From NCBI GenBank assembly GCA_048885925.1, contig JBHLLG010000001.1, positions 291,105 to 355,104 of the forward strand: DNA of 64,000 nt. The letters run 5' to 3'. Below are positions 42,290 through 51,751 of the stretch, piece by piece. Each line of letters begins with the position of its first letter. The stretch's first letter is position 1. The DNA is from Candidatus Hermodarchaeota archaeon. GTDB taxonomy: Archaea; Asgardarchaeota; Lokiarchaeia; Sigyniarchaeales; SOKP01. The notes under the pieces are model-generated. The model ran no database searches and had not been told where the DNA came from. It saw only the letters and a list, made by a program, of their open reading frames with translations. The translations under genes were made by a program, and so were the position numbers.

Positions 42290-43018
42290 GTGACTCTTAA
42301 AATGAAAAATTATAAAATTGTAGGGATAGTTGTACTTAGTGTATTCTTTATTCTTCCGTTTTTTGTTGTTAATGCTAAATGTACCACAACCATAGGAGAT
42401 ACATCATTTCCTGCTGAAGTAGGTGATGTTATTGTTTGGGAAGTTCTTCATTCAGCTGGTGTTTCCGGTGATGTGGATGATATGGTAAATTTTACAACCG
42501 AAGCAATATATCAAGGTCAACATGCTAGTGTGAATGCGCTATTAGTAAATTGTACACTTGGGTACTATGATGCTGAAGCCTCTCAATGGACCACTACATA
42601 TGACAATAACTTTTATATGGCTGCCAATGAAACTCAAAATTACTTAAATGTAAGCTCTCATTTTATGGATCTGGCGATATTATATGTAATTCCCACACCC
42701 ATAAATTTATCATCAATTGCATTACTATTATCTAGAAATCCTCAGGTTACTAGCTACGAGGTATATAGTGATAAAGTTTATCTTTACGGGGATAAAATAC
42801 ATAAATTATGGTTCAGTTCTTCAGGCATTTTGACAAGATACGAAGGTTTCGCTGGTGGCTATCCTTTTTTTAAAATAGCGTTACCTGAGGACCCTGAGGA
42901 CCCTAAGGGCGGGGGTGGTGCCATTCCTTTTGGATTTTACTTCTTAATTTTTGCATTAATTAGTATTGTAGCCCTTGTCTATTATAAAAAAAAAAAAACG
43001 CATATAGAGACAATTTAA
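42290..43018 (+). CDS. Secreted, C-terminally anchored surface protein (cassette 2 cargo)
   Basis: Signal peptide (start ATG 42302), NxS/T sites, PEDPEDPKGGGG linker, IPFG-TM-KKKK tail. Confidence 0.8.
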   Translation: MTLKMKNYKIVGIVVLSVFFILPFFVVNAKCTTTIGDTSFPAEVGDVIVWEVLHSAGVSGDVDDMVNFTTEAIYQGQHASVNALLVNCTLGYYDAEASQWTTTYDNNFYMAANETQNYLNVSSHFMDLAILYVIPTPINLSSIALLLSRNPQVTSYEVYSDKVYLYGDKIHKLWFSSSGILTRYEGFAGGYPFFKIALPEDPEDPKGGGGAIPFGFYFLIFALISIVALVYYKKKKTHIETI

Positions 43019-43090
43019 ATTCATGAAATCAGTTGAGAATAATATAAATGGAGAGAAAAATCAGTTGAGGGTTGTAATCTCTAAATCAAA

Positions 43091-43170
43091 ATATAGGAAA
43101 AGGAGGAAAAAGTTTAGATAAATGGCTTCTCGAATGACCACACCTAAATCTCTATTCCTCCATTCTATAT
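43091..43170. repeat. Conserved stem-loop element, copy 2
   Basis: GGAGGAA/TTCCTCC stem enclosing the identical 22-mer at 43127-43148. Confidence 0.75.
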
Positions 43171-43242
43171 TACTTTTTTTTATTTTTAAAGTTTGTTAAT
43201 AAATTTAAAATGGATCTATCAAAGTAAGAACAACTATTTTTA

Positions 43243-44073
43243 CTAATTATATTTAAAAATTAACTCATTTTTAAGAAATAGTTCTAATTTAGCGTTACAC
43301 GCAATAAAAGGAAATTTTACATTTATTGATAAATCTGTATTAATTTCTTTTCCATCTAAAGCAAAGATTTTACCTCCTGCCTCATTTAAAATTAAGATTC
43401 CAGCAGCTACATCTACTAGTCGATTACTCTTTCTCAGATTAATGAAAGCCTCTAAACGACCACTTGCTACAAGACATAAAGTTAAAGCGCTACTTCCTAA
43501 AATTCTTACTCGATAAAATTTACGAATGATGGGACTTAATTTTTGTAAATTCTCCATTAGATTTTTCATTGGTAGATTAAGCTCAAAATAACAATTTTGT
43601 GAAAGATCTAAATCAGAAACATGGATTTTTGAATCATTAAGGAAGGCTCCATTTCCTTTTTTTGCCCAATACATATCTTTAGTGTTAAGATTAAGAACAA
43701 CAGCTTTTTTTATGTCATCAACTTTTTTACCAACTGCATAAGCTAATGATACAGAACAGTATGGAATACCTTTAACGGCATTATTTGACCCATCTAAAGG
43801 ATCAACAATTAAGACATCCAGATTCTCTTTTGCTTTCTCTGCATCTCCAATATATTTTTCGCCTAATTCTTCACTTATTAACAGTAAATTCACATTCGCT
43901 TTTTCTAAAGTCTCAACTATAATATTTTCAGCAACAAGGTCAATATTCATTGAGATATCTCCGCCTGCACCTCTTTTGGATTTTATAGCAGCCTCTTTTG
44001 TTCCCATTAGAGGATTTACTTTTTCAAATACATTTAAAGCAAGCTTTTTCAAGAAATCAATATTAAGTTCCAT
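43243..44073 (-). CDS. suhB: Inositol monophosphatase / FBPase
   Basis: SEE, VDPLDGSNN, RILGSSAL, DVAAGILILNEAGG. Confidence 0.9.
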   Translation of the reverse strand: MELNIDFLKKLALNVFEKVNPLMGTKEAAIKSKRGAGGDISMNIDLVAENIIVETLEKANVNLLLISEELGEKYIGDAEKAKENLDVLIVDPLDGSNNAVKGIPYCSVSLAYAVGKKVDDIKKAVVLNLNTKDMYWAKKGNGAFLNDSKIHVSDLDLSQNCYFELNLPMKNLMENLQKLSPIIRKFYRVRILGSSALTLCLVASGRLEAFINLRKSNRLVDVAAGILILNEAGGKIFALDGKEINTDLSINVKFPFIACNAKLELFLKNELIFKYN

Positions 44074-44158
44074 AAATGATAAACTCTAAAATAGTTCAAT
44101 CAAGTAATAAAAAGTAACTAAATATTTTACATTTCTTAATACTGAAAAATTTACTTAA

Positions 44159-44887
44159 TTATTTTCCTAAAATCTTATGCTTTTCAATTATCCATTTATC
44201 TACAATTAGTTTTTGAGATTCTTTTTTTTCATTAGCATCATATTCACTATATATAGTGCTTTTCGGTATCCAAAATTCTTCTCCAGAATCCAAAATAATC
44301 AATAATGCTTTTGGGCTTTCAACTTTAATTTTTGCTTTGATTTCAAGTGGTTCTCTCGAATCACTAAATTCTGTAGTTTCAACAATATGTAATCCATCTC
44401 TAGCTGTAATATGTTCTGTAAACACCCTATATTCTTCTTCCTCATCTATCTCTACTGTCTCTTTTACTCTTTTTTTAATAGTACCACTTGTAGCAAATTC
44501 AATTTTCTCTTTTAATATGTGATCTAACAACAAAGTCAGGAAATTCAAATTTGGAAATCGGATTTTTTTGTTGTAATCGCCTATCTTAATACGCAAAACT
44601 TGACGAGATTCATCTTCCCATCCAACATAAATTTCTGTTTTTCTTTCTTTAAAAACGTGATAACCTCTCCAGTTAGCAGTTCTTCTATTTAAAACCTCTA
44701 AAATACATATAATCTCTTCAATAGTTAATCTTACTGTCTTTCCCTCTTTCTCAGAGATTTTCTCCCAAGAGTGATCTTCCTTTCTGCTTATACAACTTAG
44801 AAAAATATAGGGAACTTCTTTTGACGGACTTGTAATAATCACACTTGTTTTTTGTCCAAAGAATGTTTTGGTATGAAAATCTGCCAA
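44159..44887 (-). CDS. Hypothetical protein, possibly ssDNA-binding (PC4/Whirly-like N-terminus)
   Basis: SWEK..EGKTVRLTIEE pattern; small C-terminal ESPKALL...FWIPKS domain. Confidence 0.55.
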   Translation of the reverse strand: MADFHTKTFFGQKTSVIITSPSKEVPYIFLSCISRKEDHSWEKISEKEGKTVRLTIEEIICILEVLNRRTANWRGYHVFKERKTEIYVGWEDESRQVLRIKIGDYNKKIRFPNLNFLTLLLDHILKEKIEFATSGTIKKRVKETVEIDEEEEYRVFTEHITARDGLHIVETTEFSDSREPLEIKAKIKVESPKALLIILDSGEEFWIPKSTIYSEYDANEKKESQKLIVDKWIIEKHKILGK

Positions 44888-45072
44888 TAGAATGCACTTT
44901 GATAGATTTTAATAAATAACAACTTATTAGTTATGAAACTTATATTAATTTATTGATTTAAATATGATTAATCAAGGATCTTGTTTCTATAAATAAAATT
45001 TTGAAATAAGTAAAAGTTTTATTAAATTTGATTTTATGTAACTACAAATTAATTCTTTTTATATGATTTGAA

Positions 45073-45816
45073 ATGAAAAATAAAGAAGAAATTGAAAAGA
45101 AGATTCAAATAAGTGGTTCAGGTGATTTTACAGAATTCGAAGAACATATAAGCATTACGGGATATGCTGAAATTTCTGGTGGAAAAACAGAAAAATCTAT
45201 GAGAATATCTGGTTCAGGAAGTATTAATGGAGATTTGGAATGTAATGGTCTTACATCTTCAGGTAAAGTTAAAGGTTCAGGAAACTTTACGTCTCATGCG
45301 GATATAAGTAGTTCAGGCTCATTCAATATAGCTGGATTTCTATATGGAAACGCAGATGCTGATTTTTCTGGTTCTACAGAAATAGGAAATCTTGTTAATA
45401 TTCAAGGATCTTTAATTGTATCAGGTTCTTTTAAAGTAGGACATTTCGTAAGAGGAGAAGAAGGGATTAGATTGTCTGGTTCTTCAAATATTAATGGAAA
45501 TTTATCTTCTGAAAAAGATATAAAGGTTGATGGATCAACTTATATTGAAGGAAATGTAGTTGGTGAAAATGTTCTTTTTGGTTTTACTGAAAAGACCAAG
45601 AAAAAACAACATTATAAAGTTCATGGAAGTATACATGCTAAAAGTACTGTAAATGTCGTAAAAATCCATGTAGATGGAGATATTAAAGGTAAAGACATAA
45701 CAATAGGGAGAGGATCAGAAATTCTTGGAAATATTTACTATGTTGATAATATTGATATTGGTAAAAAAGTAAAATTGACTTCTGAACCAAAAAAAATTAA
45801 GTTAGATGAGTTATAA
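45073..45816 (+). CDS. Bactofilin-like polymer-forming beta-helix protein
   Basis: Repeated ISGSGSINGDL-type units; IKGKDITIG. Confidence 0.75.
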   Translation: MKNKEEIEKKIQISGSGDFTEFEEHISITGYAEISGGKTEKSMRISGSGSINGDLECNGLTSSGKVKGSGNFTSHADISSSGSFNIAGFLYGNADADFSGSTEIGNLVNIQGSLIVSGSFKVGHFVRGEEGIRLSGSSNINGNLSSEKDIKVDGSTYIEGNVVGENVLFGFTEKTKKKQHYKVHGSIHAKSTVNVVKIHVDGDIKGKDITIGRGSEILGNIYYVDNIDIGKKVKLTSEPKKIKLDEL

Positions 45817-45840
45817 ACTATTAATTAACCTTATTTTTAA

Positions 45841-46146
45841 TTACATTAATTCTATTTCTACAAGAACAGATTCAGGGATTTGAATTTTCATTATAAGATG
45901 CATACTTCTCTCATTGGCGATTATTTCGAATAAACGTTTATGAATACGCATCTCAAATTTTGCCCAAGTACTAGTCCCTTGACCACTTGGTGCCTTTCTT
46001 ACAGGTACTCGTAATCTCTTGGTGGGAAGAGGAATTGGACCATTTTTGCGAATACCCTGAGATTTACAAACACCAATAACTTGATCGCATACTGATTGTA
46101 ATGCGTCTAATTGGGTGGATGACAATCGTATGCGAGCTTTTTGTAT
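45841..46146 (-). CDS. rps10: 30S ribosomal protein S10 (uS10), proposed ATA start
   Basis: GPIPLPTKRL, RKAPSGQG, FEMRIHKRL; N-terminus (I)QKARIRLSST after GGTGAT. Confidence 0.95.
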   Translation of the reverse strand: MQKARIRLSSTQLDALQSVCDQVIGVCKSQGIRKNGPIPLPTKRLRVPVRKAPSGQGTSTWAKFEMRIHKRLFEIIANERSMHLIMKIQIPESVLVEIELM

Positions 46147-46621
46147 TGTTTATCACCGATAAAATTTATTTAATATATACCGTCAAATCTTAAATTAAAT
46201 CCAATAATGCAATATCGAAAATTATTCCTATTAAATAAATTTTTTTATCTAATTATCAAAGAGCTATTTGAATAATGTCAAGTAAATCCCAAAAAGAGAA
46301 AATAGATTATAAATATACTCTCCCTACATAATTGCTAAATCTTCCGTTTCTACATTAGAGATTATTATTATTCCAAATTAAGGGTATGAAGAATAAAATC
46401 ATGTTAAATTATAAATAGGGTTTAAGACAATAATTTCTGTACATAAATTCTATTTTTTATTACAACCAATAAAATATATCTAACTTCTGTTATATGTGAG
46501 CTTTATTCAATTTCTGATATAATTACATATTCATGATTATTCTATAAATCACCAAAAACGTTAAATAGAACACTCAATAATTAGTTTATAAAACTATCTA
46601 TTCAAACCTAGTGAAATCATA

Positions 46622-47560
46622 ATGAATTCTAATCGGAGTATGAAAATGAAAATTATAATGGTTGTTATATTCATTTTTGCCTTAGTACCTAGTTTTAATA
46701 ACAATCTTAATAATAAAAATAGTGATACGATTAATTTAATTAATGAAAATGTGAAAAGCTCTTCAGTATCTGAAAGAATTCATATAAATGGTAATGTAGG
46801 GTGGCTTAATTTTAAAAATGACGGAAAATGTTCAGGACAAGGCACTTATTCAGACCCTTATGTCATAGAAGATTTGATTATTAATGGAAGCGGTTCTGGA
46901 AGCTGCGTGTTCATAGAAAATTCCGATGTCTATTTTAGAATTGAAAATTGTACCTTCTTTAACTCAGGAAATGGAGAAATTGATTCAGGAATTAAGTTGA
47001 GTTATGTTTATAATGGATATATTGTCAACATTACCTCATACAATTGTAGAAGCGGGATATTTTTATCTTATAGTGATAACAATACCATTATAGGAAATAT
47101 ATTTCTTAATAATTTTTATGGGATCCTTATCGAATACTCTGATAACAATCTTTTTTATCTCAATAATATTGGAGGTTTTATTACTATATTTTTTAGTTAT
47201 TCAACTTTTACATTTAACTCACTTAAAAAAATGCTCTACACATATCAGGATCAAAACTATACCAATTATCTAGGAAATTACTGGAGCGATTATGATGAAC
47301 CTGATAGAGATAATGATGGAATTGGAGACTGGAACAAGCATGTCCTTGCATTCGAAACCGGTTATCATCTTTATGACTATTATCCGTTGATGGAACCCAC
47401 TCGGAATTATGAAATTCATAAAATCGTGGAATCGGAAGAAGAAACTAATGGAGAGAAAATTTCTGGATACAGTCTATTATTTCTTATAGGGATCAGTTGC
47501 ACAGTAGTAGTCTTTATATTCAAAAGATTAAAGGAGCAATATAAATTTAATTCTAAATAA
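46622..47560 (+). CDS. Secreted parallel beta-helix (NosD/CASH) protein with Loki-CTERM-like tail
   Basis: PYVIEDLII, GIFLSYSDNNTI repeats, GNYWSDY, DGIGD, ISGY-TM tail. Confidence 0.85.
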   Translation: MNSNRSMKMKIIMVVIFIFALVPSFNNNLNNKNSDTINLINENVKSSSVSERIHINGNVGWLNFKNDGKCSGQGTYSDPYVIEDLIINGSGSGSCVFIENSDVYFRIENCTFFNSGNGEIDSGIKLSYVYNGYIVNITSYNCRSGIFLSYSDNNTIIGNIFLNNFYGILIEYSDNNLFYLNNIGGFITIFFSYSTFTFNSLKKMLYTYQDQNYTNYLGNYWSDYDEPDRDNDGIGDWNKHVLAFETGYHLYDYYPLMEPTRNYEIHKIVESEEETNGEKISGYSLLFLIGISCTVVVFIFKRLKEQYKFNSK

Positions 47561-47667
47561 TTATCACATCAAAAAATGAATTTCTATTTATTTTATTTTT
47601 ACGCGTTCAACAATTAAATGGTTTTATAAGCTCAAGAGGGTCTATGGATAAAAAAAATATTATCTAT

Positions 47668-48801
47668 TCATGTATTAAATCCCAATAAGAATTTATTACC
47701 AAGATTTACATTTTCAAGATATTTTTTTGCTACTTTTAAGCAATGTTCTACTTGTCTTCGTGGAGTAATTCCTAAGTCCCTCATTTGATAAGCTCCATGA
47801 AATATTAATAAACTAAAAGGGATTTCAGGGTTTATTGAACCCACAAACTCTGCAATGAGCTTAACTTCTTCATGAGTCGTATAGCCTGGAACCATCAACG
47901 TACATGCACTTATTTCTGGCATCTCTGGCCCTCTGGATCCAAAATAATTTTCTGCTAAGAATTTGAAATTATCAAGAGTTCTTTTATTACTTATACCGCA
48001 TAAAGCAATATTTAATTTTTCATTAAAAGTCTTTAAATCAAATTTGATATTTCCTCCAGTTTTAACAGCGATTTTCATACAATTTTCAATCCAATCTTTA
48101 TTTCCAGAACCATTGCATTCCCAACAAATCCGCATAACCCTATTATTACACTTTTCAAGAATCTTATCTGCTAAATTAATTGAGAAGGGTAACTGTGCTT
48201 CTGGAGTACCTCCAAAATAACATAAACAAGTAATTTTTGTATTTTTTACAATTTGATTAGCTAAGGTTTCAACATCAAATAAATATTTTTTTGAAAAGAG
48301 CTTATGGGAGGCATTTTGGCAAAATAAGCAGTCAAAAGTACACCCATATAGAAAAGCAGCGTAGCTATATGTGCCAAATTCAGGTCCTTTATAATTTGAA
48401 TAATCTGGATAGCCAGATGACGTACCAGCAGGGCAAAACCAGCTATTACAACAGTTAGTAGGATTAGGATCTATATATCCATGAATGTACCCTTTCGATT
48501 TTGATGGATACGGCAAGTTTCCTGAAGATCTTGCTTGAGTATTTCTTAATCCACAGTAGCTAATATCATTGTTAGATAAAGAACATTCATTTATACATAA
48601 ATTACATTTTAACTTAATGTTTGGTCTTTCTGCCTTAGGAGGTTTCTCTGGCAAATCTACAAGCTGACGGACTTGTTTATGAATATTTAATATATGGGGT
48701 TTAACCTCGTCCCAATCTCCTTCCAAAATGCAATTTCTGCATACTTGTAGAATTTCAGAAATTTCCCTTTCAGCTTTCCCGCAAAATTTACATGTACCCA
48801 T
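47668..48801 (-). CDS. Radical SAM protein (PFL-activase-like) with N-terminal Cys clusters
   Basis: GCTFDCLFCQN, YFGGTPE. Confidence 0.85.
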   Translation of the reverse strand: MGTCKFCGKAEREISEILQVCRNCILEGDWDEVKPHILNIHKQVRQLVDLPEKPPKAERPNIKLKCNLCINECSLSNNDISYCGLRNTQARSSGNLPYPSKSKGYIHGYIDPNPTNCCNSWFCPAGTSSGYPDYSNYKGPEFGTYSYAAFLYGCTFDCLFCQNASHKLFSKKYLFDVETLANQIVKNTKITCLCYFGGTPEAQLPFSINLADKILEKCNNRVMRICWECNGSGNKDWIENCMKIAVKTGGNIKFDLKTFNEKLNIALCGISNKRTLDNFKFLAENYFGSRGPEMPEISACTLMVPGYTTHEEVKLIAEFVGSINPEIPFSLLIFHGAYQMRDLGITPRRQVEHCLKVAKKYLENVNLGNKFLLGFNT

Positions 48802-48803
48802 AT

Positions 48804-49463
48804 TTACAACTTTTTTCTTAATATTAAGTAAGTTTGACCAGACTTTTGTTTTGGATTACTTTTTACCATAAATCCTTCAAATCCGTTGTTAACAAATGAT
48901 TTATTAAAGATTTTTAGCTCCTGTTCATCTTTAGGGTAAAACTCAATTATTATTCTTCCACTTTTTTTTAAGATTTTGTAAAGGTATTTCGCTGTGTCAT
49001 TTATCAGCTTTACTTTCTCACCATAATTTTGTAATCCATGTATTATAAAATTATATGAAGATATTGATACTATATGATCAATTGAATTGACTTTGATCGG
49101 TAAAAAATTAATATCTGCTAAGATTAACTCTAAATCTTTATACTCCTCATAATCACGCTTCTTCTCTTTTGCTTTTGATAACATATCAAATAAAAGATCT
49201 ATTCCAATAACTTTAAAACCATTTTGCATTAGAACTTCAGAAGAGAATCCCGTACCACATCCCAAATCTAAAATTAGATTCGTATCTCCCATCTTCTTCC
49301 CATCACTTTCATTAGTATTTAACTCTTCATCGAAAAGATACTGAATACTCAAAAATGTGGCCCTTTTTTGATTTCGAGCCATCCATTTTGAACTATTATA
49401 TTCATCAGCTTTATCATCAATATAATCATCTGGAAATATAGGAAGTTGATTTTTTCTTACCAA
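48804..49463 (-). CDS. SAM-dependent methyltransferase, Bud23/WBSCR22-like
   Basis: LILDLGCGTGFS, SISS, EFYPKDEQE, GFEG....P, YLIL. Confidence 0.75.
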   Translation of the reverse strand: MVRKNQLPIFPDDYIDDKADEYNSSKWMARNQKRATFLSIQYLFDEELNTNESDGKKMGDTNLILDLGCGTGFSSEVLMQNGFKVIGIDLLFDMLSKAKEKKRDYEEYKDLELILADINFLPIKVNSIDHIVSISSYNFIIHGLQNYGEKVKLINDTAKYLYKILKKSGRIIIEFYPKDEQELKIFNKSFVNNGFEGFMVKSNPKQKSGQTYLILRKKL

Positions 49464-49580
49464 TGATGATCACAAAGGTAAAAAAAAAGCTTATTTATAT
49501 AACTGACTAAATTCAATATAACATAGTAAAAAATTATTACACTCAAATCAAGTTAAATAAAAAAATAAATAGGATTTGTT

Positions 49581-49982
49581 ATGTCCGCAAAAAGTAAGAA
49601 TACTATTCTCATTGTTGACGATGAACCTGATATCGTCAATCTTACCGAGAAATTTTTGAAATTAGGGGATTTTGATACAATCACAAGTAATAATGCAAAA
49701 GAAGCCATGAAAATGGTAGAAGAAAATTATGAAAAAATTGCTCTAATATTACTAGATATAATGATGCCTGGAAAGAGTGGATACAGCGTTTTGGAGGAGG
49801 TCAAAAACAATGAAAGGTTTAAGGATATCCTTGTAGTTTTATTTACTGTAAAGAGTTTTAATGAAGACGTTCAAAAGGGTAAGAAGCTAGGAGCTGATGC
49901 TTATATCACAAAACCTTTCTCCGGCAAAGAACTTTTGAGTAGGATAAAAGAAATTCTTGAAAATAAACAGCTGAGAAATTAA
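49581..49982 (+). CDS. Standalone response regulator receiver
   Basis: ILIVDDE, LLDIMMPG, YITKPF. Confidence 0.92.
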   Translation: MSAKSKNTILIVDDEPDIVNLTEKFLKLGDFDTITSNNAKEAMKMVEENYEKIALILLDIMMPGKSGYSVLEEVKNNERFKDILVVLFTVKSFNEDVQKGKKLGADAYITKPFSGKELLSRIKEILENKQLRN

Positions 49983-50154
49983 ATTAATTTTGAGAGTTTC
50001 AAAAATTTCATTTTATTTTTAAATTTTCTTGAATAAGACTTAACTTTTATTAAGTTTATATTTAAATATCACATCAATTAGAAAAAGCTTTAAATATTTT
50101 TAAGAAACTTATCTTTAATATTGAAATATTAATCTTAAATAATAGAGAGAGTTA

Positions 50155-50838
50155 ATGACAATGGTATATGAAGCTGAATCTGATAGAATTCCGTTTTTCA
50201 AGCAATATTTTTCTGTTATCATATTAGTTGCAAACATAATTGTATTCATCTGGCAGATATTAGATCCCACAGGAAATATGCACATTGAGTATGCTTTCGT
50301 CCCCTCAGAGTTTTTTAGAGGGGAAGAATTATGGACGTTACTTACTTCTATGTTTATGCATGGAGATATTATACACATTATCATGAACATGTGGTTTTTT
50401 ATAGTAATAACTGACAATTGTGAACACGCAATGGGACATATCACATATCTTATTACTTACCTAATATGCGGTCTTTGCGGCAGTATTCTCCACGCTTTAA
50501 GTACCCTAATTATTCCCGTATGGGGGGACTTTTTGGCAGATATTCCTTCTTTAGGCGCTTCAGGAGCGATTTTTGGATTAATGGCTGTATATGCTGTTCT
50601 TTTTCCACATAATAAATTTTATCTTCCAGGACTGTTTATGCAAAGAATAAGTGCGGCATACTTCATAATTACATATTTTATAGCAGAATTAACTTATGCT
50701 ATAGTTTCTCTATTGGATCCTTTTGCTATTGGGCAAACTGCACATTTTGCTCACGTGGGTGGTTTCATAGCGGGTCTAATAATAGCTGGAATATATAAAG
50801 GTGTGAAAGGTACGTCATACAAAAAGAAAAAGAAATAA
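50155..50838 (+). CDS. Rhomboid-family intramembrane serine protease
   Basis: TSMFMHG..HI.MNM, GASGA, AHVGG. Confidence 0.92.
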   Translation: MTMVYEAESDRIPFFKQYFSVIILVANIIVFIWQILDPTGNMHIEYAFVPSEFFRGEELWTLLTSMFMHGDIIHIIMNMWFFIVITDNCEHAMGHITYLITYLICGLCGSILHALSTLIIPVWGDFLADIPSLGASGAIFGLMAVYAVLFPHNKFYLPGLFMQRISAAYFIITYFIAELTYAIVSLLDPFAIGQTAHFAHVGGFIAGLIIAGIYKGVKGTSYKKKKK

Positions 50839-50950
50839 ATTTAAATTTCCAATCTCTTCTCATTTTTTTTCATTAAATTCTATCTATAATGATTAATTTT
50901 TAGTTTTAATCGTCTAAATGATAATATTGTGAATATTCAATTTAAAATAT

Positions 50951-51433
50951 CTATGGCGGACTGACACGGAGTATTAGAGATGACATTATGAATCCGAAGA
51001 ACCAATATAAAAAGTAGATAATCAATATGATAATTATACAAATCCCAAATTTTTTTAGTTGCGCTGGTGAGGTAAGGAACACTCCAATGAGGCCAAATAC
51101 ACTACCAATTAGTGTAAGAAGAGGTCCAGGAAAACTTAAATAATAAGGAGGCCCCAAAAAATTGATCATTATCGCGAATAATCCAATAAAAAAAGAAATA
51201 AGCATTCCACCGAGGTGATATTTTAAAGCTACAAGTGCTAAAATGATTGTAAACACTCCAAGTGCGATTTCACCTAGAGCAGCGAACCCCGAAGCAATAT
51301 TTAAAGGAATTTTCTCTACTCCTGTGTAGATAATGAGAATTCCACCAATCAGGCATATGATCGGACCAATGATTGATAATACTATGGCGACGATCTCTTT
51401 GGGAGGGGTTTTCGGTTCTGAGATTATATCCAC
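50951..51433 (-). CDS. Membrane protein
   Basis: About 5 hydrophobic helices. Confidence 0.7.
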   Translation of the reverse strand: MDIISEPKTPPKEIVAIVLSIIGPIICLIGGILIIYTGVEKIPLNIASGFAALGEIALGVFTIILALVALKYHLGGMLISFFIGLFAIMINFLGPPYYLSFPGPLLTLIGSVFGLIGVFLTSPAQLKKFGICIIIILIIYFLYWFFGFIMSSLILRVSPP

Positions 51434-51466
51434 CTTCCAATTAACACTTCTAAAAATTGGATTAGA

Positions 51467-51579
51467 TTACTAGTAAAACTTAGGTTTATTTAAAGATTTT
51501 GGAATTTATTTACCTATAATTTATTAATTTTACTGGTAAATTTAATGATTTTACTGGTATTTTATTCTCTTTATTGGTA
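51467..51579. promoter_or_regulatory. Phased TTACTGGTA-like repeats in a divergent intergenic region
   Basis: Copies start at 51467, 51530, 51551 and 51571. Confidence 0.4.
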
Positions 51580-51751
51580 ATTAGATCTTTTTTAATATAG
51601 AGTGAAAAAGTAAGAAGTAAAAATAAATATAGCTAAAATTTTTCTTTAATCATTTTCTAAAATTTTATATCTTTAATTTTCCGAGAAAATTATTTATATA
51701 AGCACAATTTGAAAACTAATTATCAAGAATTTTTTTTAAAAGGTAAGATAT

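Noticed and set aside
42883-42909. 9-bp tandem repeat CCTGAGGAC
   Set aside because: Simply encodes a PEDPEDPKG linker
47668-48801. Radical SAM gene as maturase for the UGA peptides
   Set aside because: About 6 kb away, no SPASM domain, and coupled to the methyltransferase gene instead
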